Position numbers and translations under genes: made by a program. This document shows positions 1-9,675 of a stretch of 64,000 nt of DNA, piece after piece. A model generated the notes under the pieces. The model searched no databases, was not told the DNA's origin, and was given only the letters and a program-made list of their open reading frames with translations. How positions within the stretch are numbered: position 1 is the first letter of the stretch; every line of letters begins with the position of its first letter. The DNA is from Patescibacteria group bacterium (GTDB taxonomy: Bacteria > Patescibacteriota > Microgenomatia > Daviesbacterales > UBA10151), in assembly GCA_038064895.1 (NCBI GenBank), contig JBBTSA010000010.1, positions 31,725 to 95,724 on the forward strand, given 5' to 3'.

Positions 1-1169
1 TTGTCATGAATTTCTGCTATTACCTCTTCCGGGGAAACTTTAATAGTATTTATTTTCCTGTTAATAAGGTAATTTACCACCTGGTTTACTTGAATACCCC
101 AACTCTTTCCTACCTCCATAACTCTTTCAAAGTATTCAGCCAATCCACTTTTTTCCACTAACATTTTTGCTTGTGTTTTATTTATACCATAGTCTTCTTC
201 AAATCTTTTGATCCTAATATTGGGCAATTCTGATAGAGATTTTTTTATTTGGTCTATTTTTTCTTTGTCAAAAAAAATTCCAGGCAAATCCGGTTCGGGA
301 AAATAGCGGTAATCATGAGCCTCTTCTTTACTCCTCTGCAAATATGTACACTTTTTGTCCTCATCCCATCCTCTTGTTTCTTGAGTTAGCCTCTCTCCTC
401 TTTTAAGAGCTTCTGTTTGTCTTTTAATTTCATACTCAATTGCTGCGACCATGAATCTGAAACTGTTTATATTCTTAAGCTCTACACGGTAATTAGGCAA
501 TTCACCATTTGACATTTGAGATTTGACATTTGAGATTTCTCGAAGCGATACATTCGCCTCTAGCCTCATATCTCCTTTTTCCATATCCGCATTAGAAACT
601 CCTAGGGACCTAAAAATTTGCTGAAGCTTTTTAGCATATTCTCTAACTTCTTCCGAAGATGAAAAATCAGGTTCTGTTACAATCTCAACTAAAGGCACTC
701 CGCTTCTGTTAAAATCAATCAATGTTTCCTTTCCAGCATGAGTTAATTTCCCTGTGTCTTCTTCTTGATGCACTCTATTAATCCTAATCCTTCTTTCTTT
801 CGATCCTTCTACCTCCCGACCTTTTGTCAGGAGGAAAGCTTTGCTTATTTCCAACCAGCCTTCTATACACAGTGGCCATCTGTATTGGGAGATTTGATAA
901 CCTTTAGGCAAATCAGGGTAAAAATAATTTTTTCTTTCAAAAAGGGAAGTCTCACTTATTTTACAATTTAGGGCCAAACCAATTTGAATACATTTTTTAA
1001 TAGCTTCCTCGTTAGTATAGGGGAGTGCCCCAGGAAGACCTAGACATACCGGACATGTGTGCGTATTTGGTTCTTTGCCAAAATAATCAGCAGAGCACCT
1101 ACAAAACATTTTGGATTTTGTATTAAGTTCTACATGCACTTCAATTCCAATTACAGGTTTGTAATTCAT
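1..1169 (-). CDS. gatB: Asp-tRNA(Asn)/Glu-tRNA(Gln) amidotransferase subunit B (runs off the window edge)
   Basis: Minus strand reads MNYKPVIGIEVHVELNTKSKMFC...CPVCLGLPGALP...FNRSGVPLVEIVTEPD...RSKEEAHDYRYFPEPDL; ATGA overlap with the gatA stop. Confidence 0.97.
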   Translation of the reverse strand, partial: MNYKPVIGIEVHVELNTKSKMFCRCSADYFGKEPNTHTCPVCLGLPGALPYTNEEAIKKCIQIGLALNCKISETSLFERKNYFYPDLPKGYQISQYRWPLCIEGWLEISKAFLLTKGREVEGSKERRIRINRVHQEEDTGKLTHAGKETLIDFNRSGVPLVEIVTEPDFSSSEEVREYAKKLQQIFRSLGVSNADMEKGDMRLEANVSLREISNVKSQMSNGELPNYRVELKNINSFRFMVAAIEYEIKRQTEALKRGERLTQETRGWDEDKKCTYLQRSKEEAHDYRYFPEPDLPGIFFDKEKIDQIKKSLSELPNIRIKRFEEDYGINKTQAKMLVEKSGLAEYFERVMEVGKSWGIQVNQVVNYLINRKINTIKVSPEEVIAEIHD

Positions 1170-2533
1170 AGTTGTGGTTTTTTGATATGCCACTCTGTTG
1201 CTTGTTCATAAGCTTCTCCCACACTAAGCACTGCTTCATCATCCATAAACTTCCCTAAAATTTGCAGCCCTACTGGTAAGCCATCTGAAAACCCACAAGG
1301 AATAGATAATCCTGGAATCCCAGCTAAAGAGGCTGGAACTGTATAAGCATCAGAAAGATACATCATTAAAGGATCTTTCATTTTTTCCCCAAAATCCCAA
1401 GCTACGGTAGGGGAGACTGGACCTACTATAACATCTACTTTTTCAAAGGCTTCATCAAAATCCTTTTTAATTAAGGTTCTTACTTTTGCAGCTTTTGCAA
1501 AGTAGTCATCATAATAGCCAGATGAGAGGGAATAAGTACCAAGCATGATTCTTCTTTTTGGCTCCGCTCCAAAATCTTCCCTATTAGATCCAAATCTTAC
1601 TCTATCAAACCGTGCTAAATTTGAGGAAACCTCAGAGGACATAATAATGTAATAAGTGGCCACAGCATATTCTGTATGTGGGAGTGAGATTTCCACCAAC
1701 CTAGCTCCTAGTTCCTCCAACTTATTTATTGCATCCTTAATAATTTTCTCAACTTTTGGATCCAACCCTTTTTCAAAATATTCTTTCGGCACCCCTACCC
1801 GTACACCTCGAAAGCTCGCTTCGCGAAGCGAGTGTTCTCTTGGTTTCGGCTTGGATTCACCTTCGAGGTGAGCACAGTTACTATCAAAGCCATCCGGCCC
1901 GGCAATCCAGTCTAAAATAAGTCTGGCATCAGCAACAGATTTAGTAAAAGATCCTGGTACATCCAGCGATGAAGCCATGGCAATCAACCCATACCTCGAT
2001 ACTCTACCATATGATGGTTTTAAACCTACCACACCACAAAGCGAAGCCGGTTGTCTGATAGAACCTCCTGTATCTGTACCTAGGGCAAAAACACAAAGGT
2101 CTGCTGCAACCGCTGCTGCAGAACCTGCAGAGCTTCCTCCCGGAACTTTAGTTACATCCCAGGGGTTTTTAGTGGGTCCATAGGCTGAATTTTCTCCTGA
2201 TGAACCCATTGCAAACTCATCCAGGTTTGTTTTCCCAATAATTGATACGTCATGTTTTAATAACCTATCTACTACTGTTGCATTAAAAGGAGGAATATAA
2301 TTACTCAATATTTTGGACCCTGCTGTAGTCCTGATGTTTTTGGTTGAAATGATGTCCTTAATTCCCGCAGGTATTCCGCGAGCATTTTTTTTAATTTCTA
2401 AAAAAATGTTAAGTTTTTTATTAAGGTTATAAATTTTTTCTAAATAAGCATTATTTAACTCTTCCTCTGAAAATTTTTTTTCCTTTAAGCCTTTTAAAGT
2501 TTCTGCTAATGTTAAAATTGTTATGTTATTCAT
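1166..2533 (-). CDS. gatA: Glu-tRNA amidotransferase subunit A
   Basis: Amidase signature GKTNLDEFAMGSS, PGGSSAGS, GTDTGGSIRQPA; lies between gatC and gatB. Confidence 0.97.
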   Translation of the reverse strand: MNNITILTLAETLKGLKEKKFSEEELNNAYLEKIYNLNKKLNIFLEIKKNARGIPAGIKDIISTKNIRTTAGSKILSNYIPPFNATVVDRLLKHDVSIIGKTNLDEFAMGSSGENSAYGPTKNPWDVTKVPGGSSAGSAAAVAADLCVFALGTDTGGSIRQPASLCGVVGLKPSYGRVSRYGLIAMASSLDVPGSFTKSVADARLILDWIAGPDGFDSNCAHLEGESKPKPREHSLREASFRGVRVGVPKEYFEKGLDPKVEKIIKDAINKLEELGARLVEISLPHTEYAVATYYIIMSSEVSSNLARFDRVRFGSNREDFGAEPKRRIMLGTYSLSSGYYDDYFAKAAKVRTLIKKDFDEAFEKVDVIVGPVSPTVAWDFGEKMKDPLMMYLSDAYTVPASLAGIPGLSIPCGFSDGLPVGLQILGKFMDDEAVLSVGEAYEQATEWHIKKPQL

Positions 2534-2810
2534 TGTCGAGTATTTTTTTTACAGAAAAAAATCCCTCCTTTTTTTGCGGAGCATTCAAAATTGCATCATT
2601 TTGAGGCTGACATTCCCCTATTTCATCGGCTCTCTGTATATTTTTTTGTCCTGAAACATTATATGTTGGTTCTACTTTTGAGGTATCAACTTTATTTAGC
2701 TGCTCAATATAATCCAAAATTTTGGAGAGTTGTTGGGAATATTTTTCCTCTTCATCAGAAGTTAGTGGTAAATTTGCAAGTTTTGCTACTTTCTTAACAT
2801 CAATCTTCAT
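2526..2810 (-). CDS. gatC: Amidotransferase subunit C
   Basis: VKKVAKLANL...ILDYIEQLNKVDT...NAP...GFFSVKKIL; operon position. Confidence 0.93.
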   Translation of the reverse strand: MKIDVKKVAKLANLPLTSDEEEKYSQQLSKILDYIEQLNKVDTSKVEPTYNVSGQKNIQRADEIGECQPQNDAILNAPQKKEGFFSVKKILDNE

Positions 2811-2817
2811 TCCCTAA

Positions 2818-3744
2818 TTATACTTTTCCTTCCATTTCGCGGAGGGCTTTGACACGGATTTCAACTGGAGGATGGGTGTTGAAAAGTCCGGCCATAAAGG
2901 CTACAGCTTCTTTTCCTTTTAAGGGATTTATAATGTAAAGATGGGCTGTGCCGCGATTTGCAACCTCCAAAGGCTCCCTATCTTTAGAAATCTTAAGAAG
3001 AGCATTTGCTAAACCAGATGGATATCTTGTTAATAAAACACCGGAAGCATCTGCTAAAAGCTCCCTTCTTCTGGAAACCGCAAGCTGGATTAATATAGCA
3101 ATAATTGGGGCTAAAATAGCTGTGATGATGGCAAGTATCATAAAAAGCTGATTACCCCTACTATCTCTATCACTATGACCTCCATACCACAGAGACCTCA
3201 TATAAAAATCTGCCAAAGTAGCAATAGTTCCGACTAAAACTGAAACAACCGCCATTACTAAAGTATCTCTATTCCCAACATGAGAAAGCTCATGAGCAGT
3301 TACACCCTCCAGTTCCTGTTTATTTAATTTCTGTAAAATTCCGGTTGTAAAAGCAATTGCAGCATGTTTTGGATCCCTGCCTGTGGCAAAAGCGTTGGGG
3401 GCAGAATCATCAATCATATAAATCTTGGGCAAAGGTAAGCCTGCTGCTATACAAAGATTTTCAACGGTTCTAAAAAGAGTGGGGTTATCCTTTTTGGCAA
3501 TAGGCTTGGCCCTAGATACACCTAAAACAATCTTATCCGACCAGTAATAGGAGACGAAGTTCATTACCCCTGCCATAATTAAGGCAAAGCCCACTATTCC
3601 CAATCCCCCTACCTCTCCGTAACCAAATCCCTGGGCTATCAAATAAACCGCCCCTATTGTAAAAAGGCTAAAGAAAAACATTATCAGCCAGGTCTTAAAA
3701 GTATTAGCCGAAACCTGATCCCAAGCAGTATTAACGGTGGTCAT
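2818..3744 (-). CDS. htpX: M48 zinc metalloprotease HtpX
   Basis: PNAFATGR, HELSH zinc motif, THPP; follows lemA. Confidence 0.93.
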   Translation of the reverse strand: MTTVNTAWDQVSANTFKTWLIMFFFSLFTIGAVYLIAQGFGYGEVGGLGIVGFALIMAGVMNFVSYYWSDKIVLGVSRAKPIAKKDNPTLFRTVENLCIAAGLPLPKIYMIDDSAPNAFATGRDPKHAAIAFTTGILQKLNKQELEGVTAHELSHVGNRDTLVMAVVSVLVGTIATLADFYMRSLWYGGHSDRDSRGNQLFMILAIITAILAPIIAILIQLAVSRRRELLADASGVLLTRYPSGLANALLKISKDREPLEVANRGTAHLYIINPLKGKEAVAFMAGLFNTHPPVEIRVKALREMEGKV

Positions 3745-3771
3745 TGTGGGGATATTTTAGCACAAAATGAG

Positions 3772-4320
3772 TTAGAACTTCACATTCACTTCTTTTTTCT
3801 CTTCATCAGTTGCTTTAAAAAAGTCTTCTTTTTGGAAGTTAAACATACTTCCTATCCAAGCAGAGGGGATTTGTTCCAAAGAATTATTTAAATCCAAAAC
3901 ATTAGTATTATAAAACTGTCTGGCTGCTGCTACTTTTGTTTCTGTATCAGATAACTCCTCCTGAAGTTGTTTAAAATTTTCAGATGCTTTAAGATCAGGA
4001 TAAGCTTCTGCAACAGCAAAAAGATTTTTTAACATTCCGGACAATAAATCATTTGCTGCAGCTTTCTCATGAGGAGATTTTGCTCCAACCATAGCAGCTC
4101 TAGCCTTGGTAACATTTTCTAAAAGAGTTTTTTCATGTTTTGCATATCCCTTAACTGCCTCAACCAAGTTTGGTATCAAAGATGCCCTTCTTTTAAGCTG
4201 AACATCAATCTGTGACCAGGCTTCACGGACCCGGTTACGAAGACTAACTAAACCATTATAGGTAAAAAGTAACCATAAAGTAAGTACAACTATTACTCCA
4301 ATAACTGCGTATGTCAGCAT
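3772..4320 (-). CDS. lemA: LemA family protein
   Basis: YNGLV...AWSQIDVQLKRR..LIPNLVEAVKGYAKHE, AYPDLKAS; start at 4320 chosen from the TATGAT box upstream. Confidence 0.95.
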   Translation of the reverse strand: MLTYAVIGVIVVLTLWLLFTYNGLVSLRNRVREAWSQIDVQLKRRASLIPNLVEAVKGYAKHEKTLLENVTKARAAMVGAKSPHEKAAANDLLSGMLKNLFAVAEAYPDLKASENFKQLQEELSDTETKVAAARQFYNTNVLDLNNSLEQIPSAWIGSMFNFQKEDFFKATDEEKKEVNVKF

Positions 4321-4352
4321 TACCATATCATAAACTATTTAACGGATTATGT

Positions 4353-7300
4353 CTATCTATGAGATTTTCTGTAGAGGTAATATCCGGCTCCAAGTAACCC
4401 TATGCCTAATAGGACTACTAAAAACAGATTGTTGTCTCGTGGTGCTATTTTATAATCAACCGGCTCCGGGCTAACAAAATCTCCTTCACGTTCAGCACTC
4501 TCAGATGCTTCTTCTGTAGAAATTGTTGCCTCTTCATCAGCTGCATAAACATCTTTTGCCCCGAGTACCCCGCTTAAAGTTTCTACAACCGATGTGGCAA
4601 TCCCTAAAACCGCACCGCTACCTGCTTTTGCTGAAAGCTCATTTGAAGAATCTCCCGTAGCACAGTTGTTGGCTGCTCTTACTTTGAAGTAATAAGTTAC
4701 TCCAGGCTCCAACCCGTTAATTACAAAGCTTGTCACATTCCCGGTATTTGACACTCCGAATGTATATTTACCGGGAGCAGGACCATACTCTATTATATAG
4801 TGGGTTAGGGGATCTTTTGCCTTATCCCAAGTTAAAGTGATCTGACCCTTCCCTGTTGATTTAGCAGAAAGCAATACCGGAATACTTCCAGGTTTACTAT
4901 CGCCACAAATAGGCGCACCTGCGGTTGAGGGACCGCCAACTCCTCCGCCGACAGCCGGTTGAGAAGCAGCTGTGGTAATGCTGAATTCGGATGAAACCGC
5001 TTCGGGAGAACCAGCAGAAACAACTCTATAGAAATATGTAGTTTGAGGAGTAAGTACGGTCAACGTGACACTATGGTTGGTAACTTTTGGAGATGTATCA
5101 AACGTATCGGTTGAGTTAGCATATCCATAATTTGGAGCAGAATCCAAAGTTGGGTGGGAAGTAGTATCATAAATTACTCTTGAAGATGTTGGGTCGTCCG
5201 TAGTCCAGTTAATCACTACCCCATTTGGGCTTATAGAGCCTGTGCTTACACTGCTTTGAGGAATAAAAGTTGCAATATCTACAATTTGGTCAAAAACCGT
5301 AATATTTCCGGCATTATCCAAAGCAGTAATCCGTAAAGTATAAGTATTTAGCACCAAAGGATTGGTATCCCAAACAGCAGTAAAAGGTAAGGATGTTAAG
5401 ATGGCAATATCATGGAACGAATCTAGCCCGTCATTTCTCTTATAAGAAAATACAACTTGAGCAACTCCATTGGTATCTGATACAACAGCCTCAAGCGTTA
5501 CATTTCCGGAAACAGTTGAACCGGCAAGAGGTGTGGTAAAACTTATTGAAGGCCCTATGCTATCCCAAGTTAGGGTAAAAGATGAGGAGTTTATGTTGCC
5601 GACGTTATCAGAAATTGTCAGCTGTATAACATATACACCATCCAAATCAGCAGAAACTGTTGTATTTAATGCATTCGGAGTGCCGAAAGTTATGATTCCA
5701 GGTCCTGAAACTTGAGACCAAACAGTTGAGGCTACCCCTGATAATAAATCAGAAGCTGTGCCTGTTTGAGTAAACTGTGTTTTTTGAACTTGATTTAATC
5801 CCGCATCTGCTGTCGGAGGGGTTGTATCAATCATTACTTGATTTACTGCGGATTTTGTATCTTCCTGATTTCCTGATAAATCAATTGAATAAAACTTAAT
5901 TGTATAGATACCTTCGGCACTTAATGTAAAGCTTGAGGAGGTACCATTAACAACTACCCTTGTTGGGGAATTTGTCGGATCAGACCCATCAGTTGTATAA
6001 ACTATCTGCATGCAGCCGCTTAAATTATCAGTGCAGGCTAAAGTTACTGTTACGGGATCTTTATGCCATAAATTATCAGTTCCAACATCTGTTGTTGTCG
6101 GTTTTTCAATGTCAACTGCAACTTGGGATGTAGATTCATTGCTCTCATTACCTGCTGCATCAACTGATTTTACAAAAAAGTCCCAGATGCCTTGTGTTAA
6201 ATTTGTAACAGCAGATGTCACATCCGGGGCAACTATACCCGAAGGCCCGGCTACTGCTCCCAACATAGTCCTCCAAAGATATTGAACAACTCCTGATGTA
6301 GCATCGCTTGAGGCAATCCAATTCCAAGTTTGAGAAGTGGAGCCTGTTGGAGTAGTAGTAACAGGTACTCCGGGATCAGATGGATTGACTCTGTCTACCA
6401 TATAAGTACCGGTAAATGTAGATTGTCTACCTGAAACATCTGTTATTAAGAGATTTAGGATGTGAGTACCATCGCCCGGAAAAGTTGAGGCCAAATCAGT
6501 CCCTGATATAACTTCGACAGATGGAGCGCTATCCCAGCCATAAAGTATGGAAGCTACATCAGAACCCGGCAGGACATCAGTACCGGTAACTGTGATAGAG
6601 GGCAAAGTGTTTTGCCATAAGGCAGATGATCCGGTTACTGAAACTGTTGGGTCCAAAGTGTCCAGTCTATATGTTGCGGAATATGTGGACTGGTTACCTG
6701 CTAAATCCTCAACATAGATATTAAGCGTATGGACTCCGTCTGAAGGAACAGCTGTTGTGGCGCCGTTTGTAAAAAGTGTTCCTGAAGTTGCATCTGCTGT
6801 ACTATCCCAACTATATCTTGCAAAATTTACTCCTGATAAAACATCAGATATTGAGAGAGTAATTGTAGGATTCGATTGGAACCATCCTGAAATAACATTA
6901 TCGGATGAAGCAGTCGGACTTGCAGTATCCCAAACTAACGTAAAGGTTGAAGTTGTAGAATTTCCTGCATTATCTGTAATTGTTAATCTAATAACATAAA
7001 TTCCATCTTGGTCTGCTGAAATTGTTGTTGTAATGGAAGATGATGAACCAAAAGTTATATTTCCAGGTCCGGAAACTTTTGACCAAACATTTGATGCTAT
7101 ACCGGAGGAAGGATCCGGATCAGAAGCTGTACCGGTTTGTGTAAATAAAGTATTTGCTGTTTTATCAGACCCCGAAGATACGATAGGACTTGCAGTATCC
7201 CAAATCATTGTAAAATCTGAACTGGAAGAATTTCCAGCATTATCTGTAACTGTTAATCTAATTACATACTCTCCATCTGTATCAGCTGAAATTGTTGTTG

Positions 7301-9530
7301 AAAGATCATTAACATTTCCAAATGTAATGGTTTCGGGACCTGAAAGTTTGGACCATGTTGTAGTTGCAACGCCGGATGTTATATCAGATGCGGTACCTGT
7401 TTGGGTAAATTGAGAATTGGTTACAACATCCAATCCTGCTGAAACATCAGGTTGGGTTGTATCCCAAATCAGGGTGAATTCAGCAAAAGAAGAATTGCCG
7501 GCATTATCCAAAACAGTTAGTCTTAAAACATAAGTCCCATCCAAGTCAGCACTAATATCTGTAGTAAGAGAGTCGGAATTACTAAAGGTAATAATGCCCG
7601 TTCCGGAAACCTTAGACCAGGTAGTGGATGCTACTGCAGAAGATGGAGCAGGATCGTTTACTGTAGCGGTTTTTGAAAATTCGGTGTTTGTTGTTATATT
7701 GGACCCAACATTCACGGTTGCGGGAAAAGTATCCCAAGTTAAGTTGAATGTTTGGGATGCACTGTTGCCTGCGCTATCTGCAACAGTTAATCTTAAAACG
7801 TAAACTCCATCAGCTGATGCTGAAATTGTGGTAGTTAAAGCATTTGCGCTCCCAAATGTAATATCCCCGGGGCCTGAATCTTTAGACCAAGTGATGGTGC
7901 CAATTCCTGAAGATGGAGCTGGATCAGATACAGTCCCTGTTTGGCTAAATACTCCGTTTCTAACCTGATTTGATCCTGCTGAAACAGTTGGTGTAACAGT
8001 ATCTTTGGTGGAAGAAGTTGTGGCAGCTAAAGAGTTGTTTCCGGCTGTATCTTTCACTGTAATGGTTAAAATTAAGCTGCCGTCTGCCAAAGATGAAATG
8101 TTTATTCCGCTGATAGTAAATACGCCCGATCCTGGAATAGAAATTGTACCTGAAACAGATAAACTGCCATCAGCAACAGTCCAATTTGCAGCACCCCCTG
8201 CTTCACCGCTGCCTGAAATAGAAATATTTGTTTGGTTTCCCTGATTAATAGGATTAGTTATTGTTAGATTTGAGGCTTGAGCAGGGGCTACAGTATCTTT
8301 AAAAGCAGAAGCTGTGGTATTTGCAGATGAATAGCTACCGGAGGTCAAATTGACAGTTAAAGTCAAAGGCCCGTCAGGTAAGCTTGAAACATTTATACCG
8401 GTTATGTTGATTGTGCCGGTTCCTGATACAGTCCCTGTGCCGGAAACTGATCCAGAAGTACCGGCTATTGTATAGTTTACCGTAGCATTAGCGGCACCTG
8501 TTCCTGAAATCGTAACATTTGTTTGATTTCCGCTGTTAACCGGATTTGTTAGTGAAACGGCTGGGGTAGCAATAGAAATAGAAGTTGTAATGCCTGTGAT
8601 AATCACAGGAGTTGTTTCTAAAATAAAAGCGGTTACAGACGGATTGCCGGAACCTATAAATGTAAGCTGCTTATTTACATGAACCGTTTCGTTGTAAGGG
8701 GATCCTGTTGAACCGACATTTATTGTATCTCCGTTGGCTGCCGTATTAACAGCTGCCTGGATTGTTGTAAAACAGGTTGTGGGGGGATTCGTACCAACAA
8801 TTACGTTATCACAGTCGGCTTGTGTATTGGGATTCACTACCACAAAAACAGTAAAATGATCTAAATCATGAATTGTAAACGTACCATCACCATTATTTGT
8901 TATATTTTGAGTAACTTGTGTACCCGGGGATAAATCGTTTACAGAGGAAGCATATAGAACTTTAAAATTCGTTGTTCCCGCAGGAACAGGAAGAGTAAGA
9001 TTATACTTAAAAGTCCCGTTTGGCATTGACGATGTAATTTCATAAACACTGTTTGAAAGTGCTCCCAAATCAGCTACTTGAGATTCAGACAGACTTCCCT
9101 GTGATATGTTTAAATTCCCTGCTGCGCCGGAAATAGAAATAAATTTAACTCTTACTTCGTTGTTTGGATTTGCGTAAGTAACATTTATTGAAACAAGTTC
9201 TACAGTCGGTTGATTTGGTGCGGGTGAAAGAGTTAGTGTGGGTGAAGGATCTGCAGATGGTAACAGATTAGGCGTTGTACTGGGGGAAACGGAGGGCTCC
9301 GGGCTAGGACTGGGTTCTGGTGTAGGAGATGGAACGGGACCGGGAGAGGTTGAAAGCTCCGGACTGGATACAGTTGGCTCAGGACTTGCAGACGATGGGA
9401 CTAGAGCAGGCAGTTGGGCTGATGCACTTGCCTGCGGTGAGGGTGATGGAGTTTCCTCCGCAAGGACTGTTTTACCACATACAAAGCTAATTAGTACTAA
9501 AAGCAGTAGTATAAAAATTTTTTTAAACAT
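4353..9530 (-). CDS. Large secreted, membrane-anchored surface protein with PKD/Ig-like tandem repeats and fibronectin type III domains
   Basis: Signal peptide, Pro/Ser linker, ~90-aa repeats (WSKxSGPGxITF...DGxYVxRLTxxDNAGN), FN3-like GLEPGVTYYFKVRA, C-terminal TM helix with basic tail. Confidence 0.8.
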   Translation of the reverse strand: MFKKIFILLLLVLISFVCGKTVLAEETPSPSPQASASAQLPALVPSSASPEPTVSSPELSTSPGPVPSPTPEPSPSPEPSVSPSTTPNLLPSADPSPTLTLSPAPNQPTVELVSINVTYANPNNEVRVKFISISGAAGNLNISQGSLSESQVADLGALSNSVYEITSSMPNGTFKYNLTLPVPAGTTNFKVLYASSVNDLSPGTQVTQNITNNGDGTFTIHDLDHFTVFVVVNPNTQADCDNVIVGTNPPTTCFTTIQAAVNTAANGDTINVGSTGSPYNETVHVNKQLTFIGSGNPSVTAFILETTPVIITGITTSISIATPAVSLTNPVNSGNQTNVTISGTGAANATVNYTIAGTSGSVSGTGTVSGTGTINITGINVSSLPDGPLTLTVNLTSGSYSSANTTASAFKDTVAPAQASNLTITNPINQGNQTNISISGSGEAGGAANWTVADGSLSVSGTISIPGSGVFTISGINISSLADGSLILTITVKDTAGNNSLAATTSSTKDTVTPTVSAGSNQVRNGVFSQTGTVSDPAPSSGIGTITWSKDSGPGDITFGSANALTTTISASADGVYVLRLTVADSAGNSASQTFNLTWDTFPATVNVGSNITTNTEFSKTATVNDPAPSSAVASTTWSKVSGTGIITFSNSDSLTTDISADLDGTYVLRLTVLDNAGNSSFAEFTLIWDTTQPDVSAGLDVVTNSQFTQTGTASDITSGVATTTWSKLSGPETITFGNVNDLSTTISADTDGEYVIRLTVTDNAGNSSSSDFTMIWDTASPIVSSGSDKTANTLFTQTGTASDPDPSSGIASNVWSKVSGPGNITFGSSSSITTTISADQDGIYVIRLTITDNAGNSTTSTFTLVWDTASPTASSDNVISGWFQSNPTITLSISDVLSGVNFARYSWDSTADATSGTLFTNGATTAVPSDGVHTLNIYVEDLAGNQSTYSATYRLDTLDPTVSVTGSSALWQNTLPSITVTGTDVLPGSDVASILYGWDSAPSVEVISGTDLASTFPGDGTHILNLLITDVSGRQSTFTGTYMVDRVNPSDPGVPVTTTPTGSTSQTWNWIASSDATSGVVQYLWRTMLGAVAGPSGIVAPDVTSAVTNLTQGIWDFFVKSVDAAGNESNESTSQVAVDIEKPTTTDVGTDNLWHKDPVTVTLACTDNLSGCMQIVYTTDGSDPTNSPTRVVVNGTSSSFTLSAEGIYTIKFYSIDLSGNQEDTKSAVNQVMIDTTPPTADAGLNQVQKTQFTQTGTASDLLSGVASTVWSQVSGPGIITFGTPNALNTTVSADLDGVYVIQLTISDNVGNINSSSFTLTWDSIGPSISFTTPLAGSTVSGNVTLEAVVSDTNGVAQVVFSYKRNDGLDSFHDIAILTSLPFTAVWDTNPLVLNTYTLRITALDNAGNITVFDQIVDIATFIPQSSVSTGSISPNGVVINWTTDDPTSSRVIYDTTSHPTLDSAPNYGYANSTDTFDTSPKVTNHSVTLTVLTPQTTYFYRVVSAGSPEAVSSEFSITTAASQPAVGGGVGGPSTAGAPICGDSKPGSIPVLLSAKSTGKGQITLTWDKAKDPLTHYIIEYGPAPGKYTFGVSNTGNVTSFVINGLEPGVTYYFKVRAANNCATGDSSNELSAKAGSGAVLGIATSVVETLSGVLGAKDVYAADEEATISTEEASESAEREGDFVSPEPVDYKIAPRDNNLFLVVLLGIGLLGAGYYLYRKSHR

Positions 9531-9621
9531 TTTTATGGGACAGGTCTTGGGGGCAGAAATGGGTAGGCTAGAGGCAGAAAAAATCTAGTAGTTGCGAATA
9601 CTATAACGTTTTAATTGAAAT

Positions 9622-9675
9622 GTCAATACTTCAACTTCGCTCAGTATTGACCCTGAGTAGAATCGAATGGGTCAA
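9622..9675. repeat. REP-like double hairpin at the polX 3' end
   Basis: GTCAATACT...AGTATTGAC and TTGACCC...GGGTCAA stems around CTTCGCTCAG; the polX stop codon lies within it. Confidence 0.6.

Noticed and set aside
5470-9588. Several + strand ORFs opposite the large surface protein
   Set aside because: Antisense shadows of a repetitive Thr/Ser/Gly-rich gene with no independent motifs.
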